Shown here: one piece after another, positions 45,095 to 57,696 of the stretch
Position numbering within the stretch: the first letter of the stretch is position 1
Layout of the letters: every line of letters begins with the position of its first letter
NCBI RefSeq assembly: GCF_000143415.4
Contig: NW_003314303.1
Location: 987,389 to 1,051,388 of the forward strand
Length of the DNA stretch: 64,000 nt
Source: Selaginella moellendorffii
Taxonomy: Eukaryota > Plantae > Lycopodiophyta
Direction: 5' to 3'
Position numbers and translations under genes: made by a program
The notes under the pieces: generated by a model
Databases searched by the model: none
Told to the model about the DNA's origin: nothing
Seen by the model: the letters and a program-made list of their open reading frames with translations, nothing else

Positions 45095-48000
45095 GTGGGT
45101 GGCTAACTAACTTGAGGCATAGTTTAACTCTTGCTTGCGTGCCTGTCCTTGTTTTGCATCAAACTTGGGTCTAAGCCCAAGTTTCATACCATGTTAGTTG
45201 GTGGAATAGCTATATCCTTGCGTTAGGCCACTGATATGCTGAAATAGCTCCAAACTCTATTTGGCTCCATTTTATATGCTAGCCTTAGCATTAGGATGCC
45301 TCTAGCACTGTTCTAAGTTGCTCTATGCTCCTATTCTTTCACTCCTTGGGCTACACGCTCGGGAGTTATTCTGTGCTCCAGTGCCATCACGCCTTGACTC
45401 CGAGCTTGGGAGTTTAGCACTGTTCCTTCATTCAATGGCCTAAGGCTCTGAAACTCAGGTTCCACACTGCTATCCTTTGGACATGTGGCATATGGCATGT
45501 AACACATGGCACATGGATGTTTAGGTTCTGCTTTATGGTTATCCTATAGTAAACCACCATAGGATAAAGGGTGAAAACCATATGTGTTACATTTAGTATC
45601 AGAGGATGAGTCTCAGCAAGTACTATCCAATGAGATTAAACAACTAGTCTCATTGCATACGCAGAGATGAAAACGATGATCTGAGTGGGTACACATTTGG
45701 GTGCAAAAGCTTCACATTGGTTCCTTGGGTATGGATTTGGTTACTTTTTTGTACTGTATTATACGAGCTTTTGCCTATGTTCATAAGTTGGATGTAAAAT
45801 GTTTCACTTACATGAATTTGTGCTTAGGCTTGTCAGTGAGGCACATTAGCAACTCAAGGTTACATTTTGAGTTGGCAAGATTAATGTTAGCCTATCGGTG
45901 GTTCCATTAGTTGTTCTTTGTACCATAAGTGATAGTAAACCTCCCTTAGGTTTGCTATGAGTGGCAAATAGGCTGGTCTGTAGATATTTAGCATGGCATT
46001 AGTGGATCCTTCTTAAGCATGAATATAAGTGGATCAATCAAAATCGTAAGGATTAGTCTATTGGTTCAAGTAGTCATTGCTATACTTTCTTATAAACTTT
46101 TCTTGGATTGGACTAAAGACAATGTGAAAGCAAGTTTAAAGTTTAGTCAAAGATGAGATCAAAAAGAGAGTTCTCAAGAATGAAGGATCAAACACGTAAA
46201 TCATTTTCTCTTTTTGGAGAGATGATTTGCAATAATGTGTTAACTCATTCCTCGTGTTCACATCATGCAATTAAAAGTCTCTACTTTGATGCATATTAGT
46301 TATAGTGGTTTTACAAGTGGTGAGTCGTGGGATGGATAGCAGTGAAGCGCTAAACCATTTTATCTTGGTTTGCTATTAAAATACTTGGGTTACAATGCTC
46401 AATTCTTTTCTGGGGAACTTTATTATTGCTTCTTGAGTAGCTTAGTGTTGGATTAGTTTTGAGTTTGGTCGGAAAGAGTGTGGTATGAGATTATTCGTGT
46501 TGTGAACAAAAGTTAGTGGTGTTGGGTGTTGTAATCTCTATCGATGGAATGTGGCATTTATGTAGCATTTTGTTGAATCAAGTTAGCACTTGATACTCAC
46601 TTAAACCTTTGTAATAGTGATATGGGTATGCTCAATTGATGATCAAGTCATTGTAAGACTTATATCATATCTATGTGATAATGAGCAATATGTTTACAAA
46701 GTTGCTTGGTTAAACGATGATCAACCCCAAAGTGGTTGATAGTGAAATTAGTCTACTTGCACATAGTAGCATTCTTGTAGCTTTAACAGGATTTTCAATA
46801 ATGATCTAAAATATGTTAAACTTAAGTTGGTACCTCATTTCTTTAAGGTTTACTCATAAAATGTTAAAAAGGGTTATAGCATTCATTTGCTATGGCTTGT
46901 TAGTTGATCTGTTAGCACTTGGAGTAGATTGTTGGATAGAGAAAGTGTATAGTTGAGGCATTGACATTGCTAGCACTTCTGTTAGTGGAAGTGGTATTGT
47001 TGTTTTAAGTGATGAGAAATTTTTCTTAGAATTTGATTTTCTATATCATTTTTCTTAGTATTTTAGCTTTACATTGGATTTTGAAGGTGATTGAAAAAGA
47101 GTGTTAGTGTAATATGGATATCCGAAAATATGGTATTTGTGATCAAGCCTTAGATGTTCATTTTGCATTTTTCAAATGTTAGTGTTAAATATCGGAAATA
47201 TGGGCATGATGTTCGAGGCTTAAACATACTATGGGTCTTGAGAATCTATGTTGAGGTGAACCTATGTGAAGTTGTAGGTAGGAGGAAGTTGGTTGAGTCT
47301 GAAAGTTTGTATTCCTAGATTGAGAGTTATTCTTTCTCTACGAATTTTCTAAGACTTTTCAAATGGTTGATTTGTCGATCACTTTGCTCAAAAACCATTT
47401 CGTTTTTATAAGCCAATACAAACTAGTGAAGGGGTTAGAATTGACTTTAGTTGGCTTAAACCTTAGTAAGTAATTTGTATGATGCAACTTGAAGAGGATG
47501 TTGACTTTTGGGGCTAAAACAACTAAGTTGGATAGAGTTTAGAGTTGGTATAGAAAAGTGGCTGTTACGCTTTTCTAGAAAGGTGACCCTTGTGCCTTTC
47601 TTCTATAGTATTGTGCTTGATGGCAAGTTACACTTTACATTTCATTAAAACTTTATGAGAGTAGTGAGCTCTCACTGATCTTGACTTGGTCTTAGTGGCT
47701 TTATGCCTTGGCTGAAGATGGTGATGTCCAACTTAATTGTTTGAAATTAAGATGTTAGTATCTATACTATAGCTCTGTCTATGAGGAGGTTGTGTACCGA
47801 TATGAGTCCATCTCATGGTCTTCACTTTAGTTTTGACTGAGTTTTGATCGTGCATAGCTAGTTTCTTCAAAGCATGCTTAGAGTTGTTAGCTAAATGTAT
47901 TAATGAGCTTATTTTGGTTGAGTTGGATTCGAGTGGTCATTTAGTTTGTGCTTGTTTATGAACCTTTATCTCGTATCTGGGGTATCACATTCATGTTGGA

Positions 48001-50307
48001 CAAAGCATATTACTTGATGACGTGAGTTTAGTGTTTGGGTTTTATGAAAGCAAGTTAAAGAGTGATTGTTAGTTTCTTTGTGACTAGTGGTTGCTTATAG
48101 ATTTCATTGAGGACTGTTGACATTTGCTTTAGTTGATGATGATTTAGCAGTGATAAACTTGTTTTACTAAATGGTGTTGCGGAGGATCGTGTCATTAGAC
48201 TTACATAGGTCTTCCATATTGGCATATTGACTCTACCTTTGTTGATATCATTTGGTTCTGTTTAGTCTGTGGTGTTGGATTTCATTGAGTCTTAGATGTG
48301 GTGAATCACTCCTTCATGATGTGTTATCTGTAACTAAGTATTATTGAAGGATTGGTCTTAGATATTGATTAAGGTATCTTCAACTTTGATTAGCTTGATT
48401 GTTGAAGAGCTTTGAGTGGTGATTCACTTTTGCTTTATTGTAGATTTGTCCTAGTGTTGATAGTATTGAAGTGATGCCTTATTGTTGACAATATTGATAT
48501 TGAGATTTGAGTGAAATGAAATGTCTCTCCTTAGGATTGATATTGAGTTTCATTAGTCTTGATGAAGATAGTGTTAATGATGTGGTTGTAGCTTTGTGTT
48601 ATTGGCATTCATGCATTTGCTAGTTAGCAATTATATTAGTGTTCAAATGAGCTGAGTGGCAAATTGAGTTAATTATGTTCTAGATAAAATTGTTTAGTAG
48701 GGGTTGAGCTTTGAGTTTTTCCTTGAAAAGTGATTTAGTTATAGACTATACTAGCTTTACGAGAGAAAGAGTTAGTGATCAATATTGAAGATGTTGATTC
48801 TTTGTTAGATTTGAGTTGGGGATATATCGATCATTGATGATTCTTCTTGTACTTATTATGAAGTGAGTTATGTCTTGTTATAGATGGATTCATAAAGGAT
48901 TTGTTAAATAATCACTTCTTGAGCATAATTTTGTTATGCTTAACTTTTAGATTGATGCAAATATGCTCTTCATTAACTTTGCATTATGAAGTTTAAATTA
49001 TGGATGTGTTAAGGAAAATATTATGAGTTGTACTATGATTTTTTCTTTAGCATTAAAGTTAGTTCATATAAGACTTGTGATCATTGTTATGCAAGACATT
49101 AGTATAAAGTTATTCAAACTTTTGGTTCTTTGAGTTTTTGTATTCATTGTTCCATTTGTAAAGAGTTCTTGGGGAAGGCATTTTGGTTTATTAGCTTCGA
49201 TGTTGAAGTTAGTATTTGTATCTGGCAATCATTGGTGATGATTGATTGTCATCTAGGATAATTGATTATCCTTGTCAAAAGTTTTTCTTGATTATTGTTG
49301 ATATAAAATGATTTGTCATTCTTTAGATAGTGGATTCTTTCTTCAACAATAGTTATGCATCTTTCTATTGATAGGATGATTGATGATCTGTTATAATGGT
49401 TAGTTATTCTCTTTGATGGTTTTTGGCTTTTTGCATTACTACATGTTCTTTATGGTTTTCTCTGGATTGGTCATTTGGGTTTTAGATATCAGTAGGATGT
49501 TGCTAACGCTTGCTTGAGCAACTCTGGTTCCTTGGTATTATTGACTAGAATTTATTCAAATTGATTAGTGTAATAGTTAGCATAAACGAGTGTTTGTTGG
49601 TCTTATCGCATTTATTCTATTCTGTTAATTGTTGCTTGTGTTTGCGTTAGTTTTGATGGGTGAAACATTCATGAGTATTGTGCTTACCAATCAATAATAC
49701 TTGTGTTCTTTTAGTTGTCTTTTATAAGTTTATTAGCATGCTATCTAAATTCTTTGATAGCTATGTGTTATCATTGAGTTTTCTTGATGATACATTTGTT
49801 ATTGAATTTTGTTGGATAGTAAATCCTATATTTTCCAAACATAATGATCTTGGTGGTTTCTATAATATAATATTGGTTTATCCGATGATAACTTATTTAA
49901 AATACTTTTGTGTTCTAATCTAAGATTCATTCGCTGATAATTAAGTCTCTAAGATATTATTGTTTATGGCTTTGATATTGTCCATCTATTGATCTTTTAG
50001 TTTTGGCCAGTGTAGGCAAACTGGCTTTGACACTTCATGTGCATAGTGAAATCTCTAGTTATGGGGTAGCTACTATTGACTGATCACATCACCTGCCTCT
50101 CTATTGATGTTTTTTATTCTGTTAAAAAGGGCATAATAGTATAAATAACTCTAATTGGCTATTTGCAAAAGTCTATCTAAACCTTACCGACGGGTTTGAT
50201 TTCTTTGCTCATGGGGCCTTTGGCTTCTTTCTTTATATCCCTACGGGTAGGGGCGTATCACACTATTGTAAACTGGGTGACACCTAAAGTAACAAGGGTG
50301 GCTAACT

Positions 50308-50501
50308 TATAAGCAACCAAAAGGAACGACTCGAAAGATGATCCATAGGGTTCAAATATAGAGGGAAAGGGCCCATGAACAAGAGTGCACCCCCTTTTCC
50401 AATCGGTTAAGGGTCTTAGGATATTTAGAGTTAAGCATCATTGGGTTTGAATAGTACTGAGTTGGGTGACCTCCCGGAAAGTCCAAATTCAGGAGCTTAC
50501 A
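50308..50501 (+). mobile_element. Cassandra solo LTR
   Basis: TSD TAACT; contains AGTTAAGCATCATTGGGTTTGAATAGTACTGAGTTGGGTGACCTCCCGGAAAGTCC, which aligns with the 5S rRNA internal control region. Confidence 0.88.
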
Positions 50502-51890
50502 TAACTCTGTTGGTCATTCCCTTGTCAGCGACAGTTGGAAGGTGTCTGAGTTGGTAGCGCATCCGCATTAGAAAAAGTGTTTACCCTAACTCATTTAAGT
50601 TGGTGCATTTTTCACATAATGTGAATACTGTGAATTTTTTATAGAGTTTTTTCCTTTGTAGTGTTCTAGACTAGAGTATGCACCGACGAGGACATCAATC
50701 TTTTCTCGGGAGGTCCCGTGTGTGTTAGTCCTAGCATTGGGATGCTAGATATTCTAGCACTGTTTTAAGTTGCTCCGTGCTCTTGTTCTTTTGCTCCTTG
50801 GGTTATATGCTCGGGGGTCATTTTGTGCTCCAGTGATATTGCTCCTTGGCTCAATGCTTGGGAGTTTGGCACTGTTCCTTCATTTAGTGGCCCAAGGCTC
50901 TGAAACTCGCACCACTGTCTTTTGGACATGTGGCATATGGCATGTGGCATGTGACACGTGGCATATAGAGGGTTTATGTTCCGCTTCGTGGTTATTTTAT
51001 GGTAAATCACTATAGGATAAAGGGTGAAAACCATATGCGCTACATTTGGTATCAGAGGATGAGTCTCAGCAAGTACTATCCAATGAGATTAGGCAACTAG
51101 TTTCATTGCATACGCAAAGATGAAAACGATGATTCGAGTGAGTACATGTTTGGGTGCAAAGGCTTTGCATTGGTTCCATGGGAATGGATTTGGCTAACTT
51201 TTTGTACCGTATTATATAAGGTTTTGCTTAGGCTCATAAGTTTGATGTAAGATGTTCTGCTTACACGAATTTGCACTTGGGCTTGTCAGTGAGGCACATT
51301 AGTAACCCAAGGTTACACTTTGAGTTGGCAAGATTAATATTAGCCTATCAGTGGTTCCATGAGTTGTTCCTTATACCATGGGTGAAAGTAAACCTCCCCT
51401 AGGTTGCTATGAGTGGCAAATAGGCTGGTTTTTAGCTATTTAGCACAACACTAGTGGATCTTTCCTAGGCATGATTATAAGTGGATCAATCAAGACTATA
51501 GAGATTAGTCTATTGATTCAAGTAATCATTGCCATACTCTCTTATAAACGTTTCTTGGATTGGACTGAAGGCAGTGCAAAAGCAAGCTTGAGGTTTAGTC
51601 AAAGATGAGATCAAAAAGAGAGTTCTCAAGGACGAAGAATCAAACACGTAAATCATTTTCTCTTTTTGGAGGGATGATTGCAATGAGGTGTTAACTCAGT
51701 GCTCGTGTTCACATCATACAATCAAGAGTCTCTACCTTGATACATATTAGTTATAATGGTTTTATAAGTGATGAGTCATGGGATGGATAGCAGTGAAGCG
51801 TTAAACCATTTTGTCTAGGCTTACTATTGGAAGACTTGGGTTATAATGTTTAATTATTTTCTGGGAACCTTGCTATTTCTTTTTGAGTAG

Positions 51891-53590
51891 TATGAGACAC
51901 AAATCACTAAGCCCCAAAGTGGAGCTGAAAGAGTGCCATATGGTAGTGGTGAAGCAGAAGCCAAACAAGCCTAACATGTTTGGACTAAAAGCTCTGACTT
52001 AAAGAGTTGAGAGCGGGAGTGGAACTCCTGATGGAGTGCTCAAGGAACGAGCATGAAGTGAGTAATAAGAGAGTCTCTAGAAAAGAGACACAAAAGGACC
52101 AACATATGACACATGGTTGAGATGGAGTCTGAGATAGACCCAAGATGGAGTCTGAGGTGGACGCAAGATGGATTTTGAGATGGAGTCTAAGATGGACCAA
52201 GATGGAGTTCGATATGGAGTCCAAGATGGACCCGAGATGAAGTTCGAGATGGAGTCTGAGATAGACCGAGATGGAGTCCGAGATAGACCGAGATGGAGTC
52301 CAAGATGAACCTGAGATGGAGTCCAAGATGGAGTCCGAGATGGACAAAGATGGAGTTCGAGATGGAGTCTGAGATGGACCCGAGATGGAGCCCAAGATGG
52401 AGTTTGAGATGGAGTCTGAGATGGACCCGAGATGGATCTGAGATGGAGTCCGAGAAGGACCTGAGATGGAGTCTGAGGTCGAGACCGAGACCGAGACTGA
52501 GACTGGGGCTGGGACCGAGACCAAGACCGAGGCTGAGCCGAGACCGAGCCCGAGCCCGAGACCGAGCCCAAGTTTGAGTCTGAGTCCGAGTCCAAGTCCG
52601 AGGGTGAAATCCCAAAGTGTTCGTCTCCCAGACCTTGGGGGGTTTGGTGAGCTCCAAAAGTATAGTAGGGGGAGGACTCTAGTGGAGTTAGTTTGGCTAG
52701 GAAAGGCTAGTGTAACCAAAGAAGGTTATACCCACGTGGTGGGTGATGATAAAACCATTGAGGAGTCTAAAGCTAGAGTGAATATGGATAGATAAGCAGG
52801 GTAACTTGGTGAAGTGTTCAAGAGCTAGCTTTAGCTCCCCCGGGAGATCAAATAGTCAATGCTCCCAATCCAAGTGTGGGTGGCACTACCTACTTGGATA
52901 CCTGGCGTGGCTCATTGGAACCTCGCTCTAGCCACATGGCTAGAGCACATAAAGGCAGAAGGTTGGGAGAGTATTCAGGAGGCTCGTATAGGGCCATGGT
53001 GTTCCGAAATGCTATCCCAAAGTCCCAAACTGTGAAAAGGAAGAAGAGCAAGCCTTTGGTGTAGTAACCAAGGACATAATCACATGGTGAGGAAGTTCTA
53101 GAGGACAGTGGGAATTAGTGGTCAGACCTATAGGCCTTGACCAAGTGGTAGTGTTAGCGAACACGGCCATGGACAGAAAGGGACTTGGTGGGGATTGAAA
53201 AAAGGGATATTGGGGAAGGTTGTTCCCCATATCTAGGGGCATCTTAAGGATGTTAAAGAGTGGATCTAAGATAATCACTTATGGATGAATGACCCAGTCT
53301 TTGAGAGATGGGATTGTGATGTAGGTGATGTTGGATCACCAATGTAACAAAAGTGAATGGGCATGGCAATAGGCTAATATGTCAATGGTACCTTTGGGTG
53401 TCGGTCATGGGGTTGGACACATGGAGCACTTGGACCAAGTGCATAGGTTGAGTGGCATGGATGTCATTCTCAGAGCTAGCAAATCCCAAGTTCGGAAGAG
53501 GACTTATAGAGGTTGTGAGTGAGACTCCTCCCAAGTGGTGAAAGGTGTGGTAAAGTGATTAAAGTAGAATGGAAAATTTAGTCACTTACA
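51891..53590 (+). mobile_element. solo LTR (~1.7 kb) with 12-bp and 6-bp minisatellites
   Basis: Homologous to 38272-39925; degenerate TSD AGTAG/AATAA; host sequence resumes as in the uninterrupted copy at ~46435. Confidence 0.8.
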
Positions 53591-54259
53591 AATAACTTGG
53601 TGTTGGATTAGTTTTGAGTTGGTCGGAAAGAATGTGGCATGAGATTGTTCGTGCTGTGAACAAAAGTTAATGGTGTTGGGGTGGAATGTGGCATTTATAT
53701 AGCATTTTGTCGAATCAAATTAGCATTTGATACTCACTTAAATCTTTGTAGTAGTGATATAGGCATTACTCGTGGTGTTGCTCGATTGATGATCAAGTCA
53801 TTGTGAGATTTATATCATATCTATATGATAATAAGTAATGTGTTTACAAAGTCTATTTGCATGTAGTAGCATTGTAGTAGCTTTGATGGGATTCTCAATA
53901 GTGATATATGATATGCTAAACTTAAGTTGGTACTTAGTTTCTTTAGGGTTTGCCCATAAGATGTTGGAAAGGGTTATAGCATTCATTTGCTATGGCTTAT
54001 CAGTTGATTCGTTAGCACTTGGAGTAGATTGTTGGATGGAGAAGGTGTGCAGTTGAGGCATTGACATTGCTAGCACTTCTGTTAGTGGAAGTAGCATTAT
54101 TGTTTAAAGTGAAGAAGAATTTTCCTTAAAACTTGATTTTCAATTTCAGTTTTTTTTGTTAGTGTTTTGGCTTTACATTGGATCTTGAAGGTGATTGAAA
54201 AAGAGTGTTAGTGCAATATGGATATCCGAAGATATAATCTTTGTGATCAAACCTTAGAT

Positions 54260-55690
54260 ATAACAAAGTCTTGTATTAATGTCATAACGAAAGATGGTGG
54301 TTATACACAATATAATATCTGAAAACTTATTTAAGTTGTTGGGATTGAAGGTTGAGTGAATATCACATATACTCTTTCGGTTTATGGAAAGTGGGCAAGC
54401 AACTAGGTAGCTAAAAAAATTTTGAATAATATATGAGAAAAGATATCTAAATGGAAAGAAAGATTGAACTCTGTAATGTTGAAGATACCATCCTTTAGAT
54501 GGTGTTTCATATGGATTTCTTCAACAAATATATTTAAGAGATATATAGTGCTTAACAAAGATGCAACCATATTGAAGTTAGAAAGTCATTTTAATGTGTC
54601 CTTCCAATTGCAAAAGCACTCTTTAAGTTAAATACTAAGTTCTTAGTTGTAAGATTAGATCAAAAAGAAACTAGGAAGAGATGTTAAACTTTTTAGGTTT
54701 AAGTGATGGAAATTAAAGATGATGGTGATTAAGTTTAAATAAGTGATAGGGTTGATCCTATACTAAGGGAAATTATGGAGTTGTTACTAAGGAATTAGAA
54801 TAATCTTTTTGGAAGATATACCACCAGAGTACCCTATATCTGTGAGGTTGATCATTACATTGAGATTGTTTTGGTTCTAAACCACCCACAAAGGCTTCAT
54901 ACTATTGAACATCAAGAAGATAGTTGAACTTAAAAAGCAATTCATAGAGCTTCTTGACAAATATCATATTTGACGAAGCAAGTCACTTGATGGTACTATA
55001 AATATGTGTATAAATTATCCAGCTTTTAATAAAATTATAGTAAAAAATAGCTATCTATTATTATACCAACTCTTAAAAGCTAGTATTTTATATTGCTTGA
55101 TTTGCAATCCAGATATCATCAAATATGTGTGGGGAATTAGAATGTGGAGAAGATACCCTTTAAGATTTGTTATAGATTTTTTAAGTTTCTTGCTATGCCA
55201 GCTATGTACCTAAGTATGTTCAATATGATGATGGATAGAATATTTTGAGATTATTTTGACACATTTGTTGTTTTATATATTAATGATGTTCTTGTTTTCA
55301 ATAGAACATTGGAAGATCATTTGAAATACTTAGAGGTAGTGTTTTAAAAGTTGTGAGAAAGTAAATTATATGTTAAGAAGAGTAATATGCTTTTAGTCAA
55401 TTGAGTGTGGGCACCATGATTGTGGAAGATAGTGTGTTTCAGCACTACTTTAGCTATTTCAAAGTATATAAATTAAGTTTATTACAATTTTGGCAAGTTG
55501 ATTTCAACACTTCGGTAAATAGGTTTAACCCATCACTATAGAGATAACTATTATAAAATGATCACAAGTCCTTATCTTTATCTTTTGTTGACCCATTTTC
55601 AAAAATGAGTATGGTCTAATAAACATTTTCATCTGCTAGTTTATAATAGTTATATAAATCTTCTTGACAAAGTTGATTTGTGCTTAAGGG
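54260..55690 (+). mobile_element. heavily decayed, internally deleted Gypsy pol/3'UTR remnant
   Basis: Collinear similarity to 59840-61000 and 63290-63475. Confidence 0.65.
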
Positions 55691-55692
55691 AG

Positions 55693-55869
55693 TGTAAGCA
55701 ACAAAAAAAAAAGCGACTCGAGAGATGGTCTATGGGGTTCAAATATAAAGGGAAAGGGCCTATGAATAAGAATCCTTTTCCAATTGGTTAAGGGTCTTAG
55801 GATATTTAGGGTTAAGCATCTTTGGGTTTGAATAATACTGGGCTGGGTGACTTCCTAGGAAGTTCAAAT
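55693..55869 (+). mobile_element. Cassandra LTR, truncated
   Basis: TGTAAGCAAC start and GGTTAAGCATCTTTGGG..AATACTGGGCTGGGTGAC 5S-like box. Confidence 0.8.
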
Positions 55870-55961
55870 GCTATTGAAATTCTATTTATGTTAATAACTC
55901 TATCCCTTTTCCTCTTCCTTGGCTCAACATGCTAGTAGCAATGACTCTTGAGGTCTAGGCA

Positions 55962-56134
55962 TAACATAAAAGCTGAAAAGAAAGAAGCTGTTGAAATAAA
56001 TCTAGAAATACAACTTTCCAAAAGTATCTCAATGCAACACAATGTGTAACATAAAAGCTGAAAAGAAAGAAGATGTTGAAATAAATCTAGAAATACAACT
56101 TTCCAAAAGTATCTCAATGCAACACAATGTGTAA
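55962..56134. repeat. 2 x 85-bp tandem duplication
   Basis: TAACATAAAAGCTGAAAAG...CACAATGTG repeated at 55962 and 56047. Confidence 0.9.
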
Positions 56135-56599
56135 TTGCCATGCAAAACAAACATTACATGCATATGAAGTCAAGTGCCTAACTGAAATTATGAAAAATAC
56201 TGGCAAAGAGGTATTATATAGTGGTGTAGGTCATCCTTGAGTAGGAGCTCTAGTGACTTGCAAAAAACACCACCCAATTATTTTGAAAATCAAAAGTGAA
56301 CTTTGATATATTTATTTATTATATAGTCTCCATGCAAGTGTGCAATCCTAGCATAGTAACAGGGCTAAGAGTTATAACACCATTTATAAGTTGAAGAAAA
56401 AAATGTCCTCAAAGGTAGTATTGTTGCAAATGCATTCCATTGTGAGCATTCATGAGGTGAAAGGAGTTGTTGCTAGCAATACCAATAACACAATAGAGTC
56501 CCAGCCAAGGTTGGGACAATTCTGAGCAACAACATCAAAGGGATTGACCAAGTCACCTCCATAAAAGTCTCTCTACAAGCACGTGATTATCAAAGAGCT

Positions 56600-57580
56600 T
56601 GCTACTGTTGGTAGACTTTATTGTGGAGTATTGCTAGAGTATATTTCTTAGAGATAACAGCTGATAATGTTGATGTAGGAGTTGGTCGGTTGGTGATTAT
56701 GGTAGCAAAGCAGCTACTGCAAAAGTTGGCAACTTGAGCTGAACCGACACTATAGAGCAGCTCAAAGGGAGTGGCACCTGTTGCCACTTTGTAAGACATG
56801 CAAAAGGTCTAAAGAGTTGAAGTTAAGTGTGTTAGCCAAGCTTTGGGATGAGTCTCCACCAACTTCTGGATGATCTTCTTAAGGACCTGATTTGTTTCAA
56901 TTAAAGTGGAGGAAGTGAGAAACTCCAAATTAGCAATAGATATTGTGGAAGAGAAAGTTAAAGGTTGAGTGTTGATTAACTAAAACAACTTCTATCCATT
57001 TGGTGCAAGCATCTATGGCTGTTGTGGTGTGAATATAACCATTGACAACTCTTGGAAGTGGTCCCATATAGTCAAGAAATCAACTCAAGAATGGCCCCTC
57101 TAGAAGGTTAGAAGTCAGTGGGTACTAGCCTTGAACTATTAGCCATTTGAAGTCTTGACCATGTTTGCAGTATTGAACAAACTTCTTGGCATCTTGGAAG
57201 AGTATCGATTAGTAGTAATCTGCATGAAGAACTTGCTTTGCTATTAACATTCCTGAGAAGTGGCCACTAGAACTATGACAAGCATGTAGAATTGTTGCCA
57301 CTTCTTCCTTGTTAACACAGTGTAGAAAGATATCATTTGAGTGTTAAAGAAAGAGAATGCCTCCTAAGATGATGATCTAGAAATTTACCTTAAAGAACTT
57401 GGATGATAGACATGTACATGGATAGATCTCATCCATAAGCTCATCCACTCTACCTTAGTAGAGTCTCCAAGGTAGCAGTGATGTCATCTTCACCACAAGA
57501 ATCAAGAAAGGTGGCATGAGTTGGAGCAAGTTATCTAGGGTTGAAGGCTTGAGCTTTCTCCACCTGAAAGGTGAAGTCAA
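56600..57580 (-). pseudogene. fragment of a non-chromovirus Gypsy (Tat/Athila-like) integrase
   Basis: Minus-strand GHFSG..AKQVL, VDYMGPLP and YKVATGATPFELLY. Confidence 0.65.
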
Positions 57581-57696
57581 ACTCTACCAACTGAAGAGTC
57601 TAGTATGTGTGATGAGTCTAGCGCATTGAGTAGGTAGGTGAGTGGATTGTATGGAATATGTAACATTGTCTTCCTCAAAAGGAAATAGTGTCATAA

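Larger units (their letters stand above)
37867..54258 (+). mobile_element. non-autonomous LARD-like LTR element in tandem arrangement, hosting four insertions
   Basis: LTR ending TTACA at 45591 with PBS TAGTATCAGAG; a second LTR end plus PBS TGGTATCAGAG at ~51044-51057; interior 45600-47160 is repeated at 51050-54258; no intact ORFs. Confidence 0.6.

Noticed and set aside
47900-48500. LINE reverse transcriptase remnants on the minus strand
   Set aside because: Only vague motif resemblance; no convincing YADD or other RT block.
50405-50485. 5S rRNA gene
   Set aside because: Only the internal control region is present, embedded in a TSD-flanked LTR, so it is Cassandra rather than rDNA.
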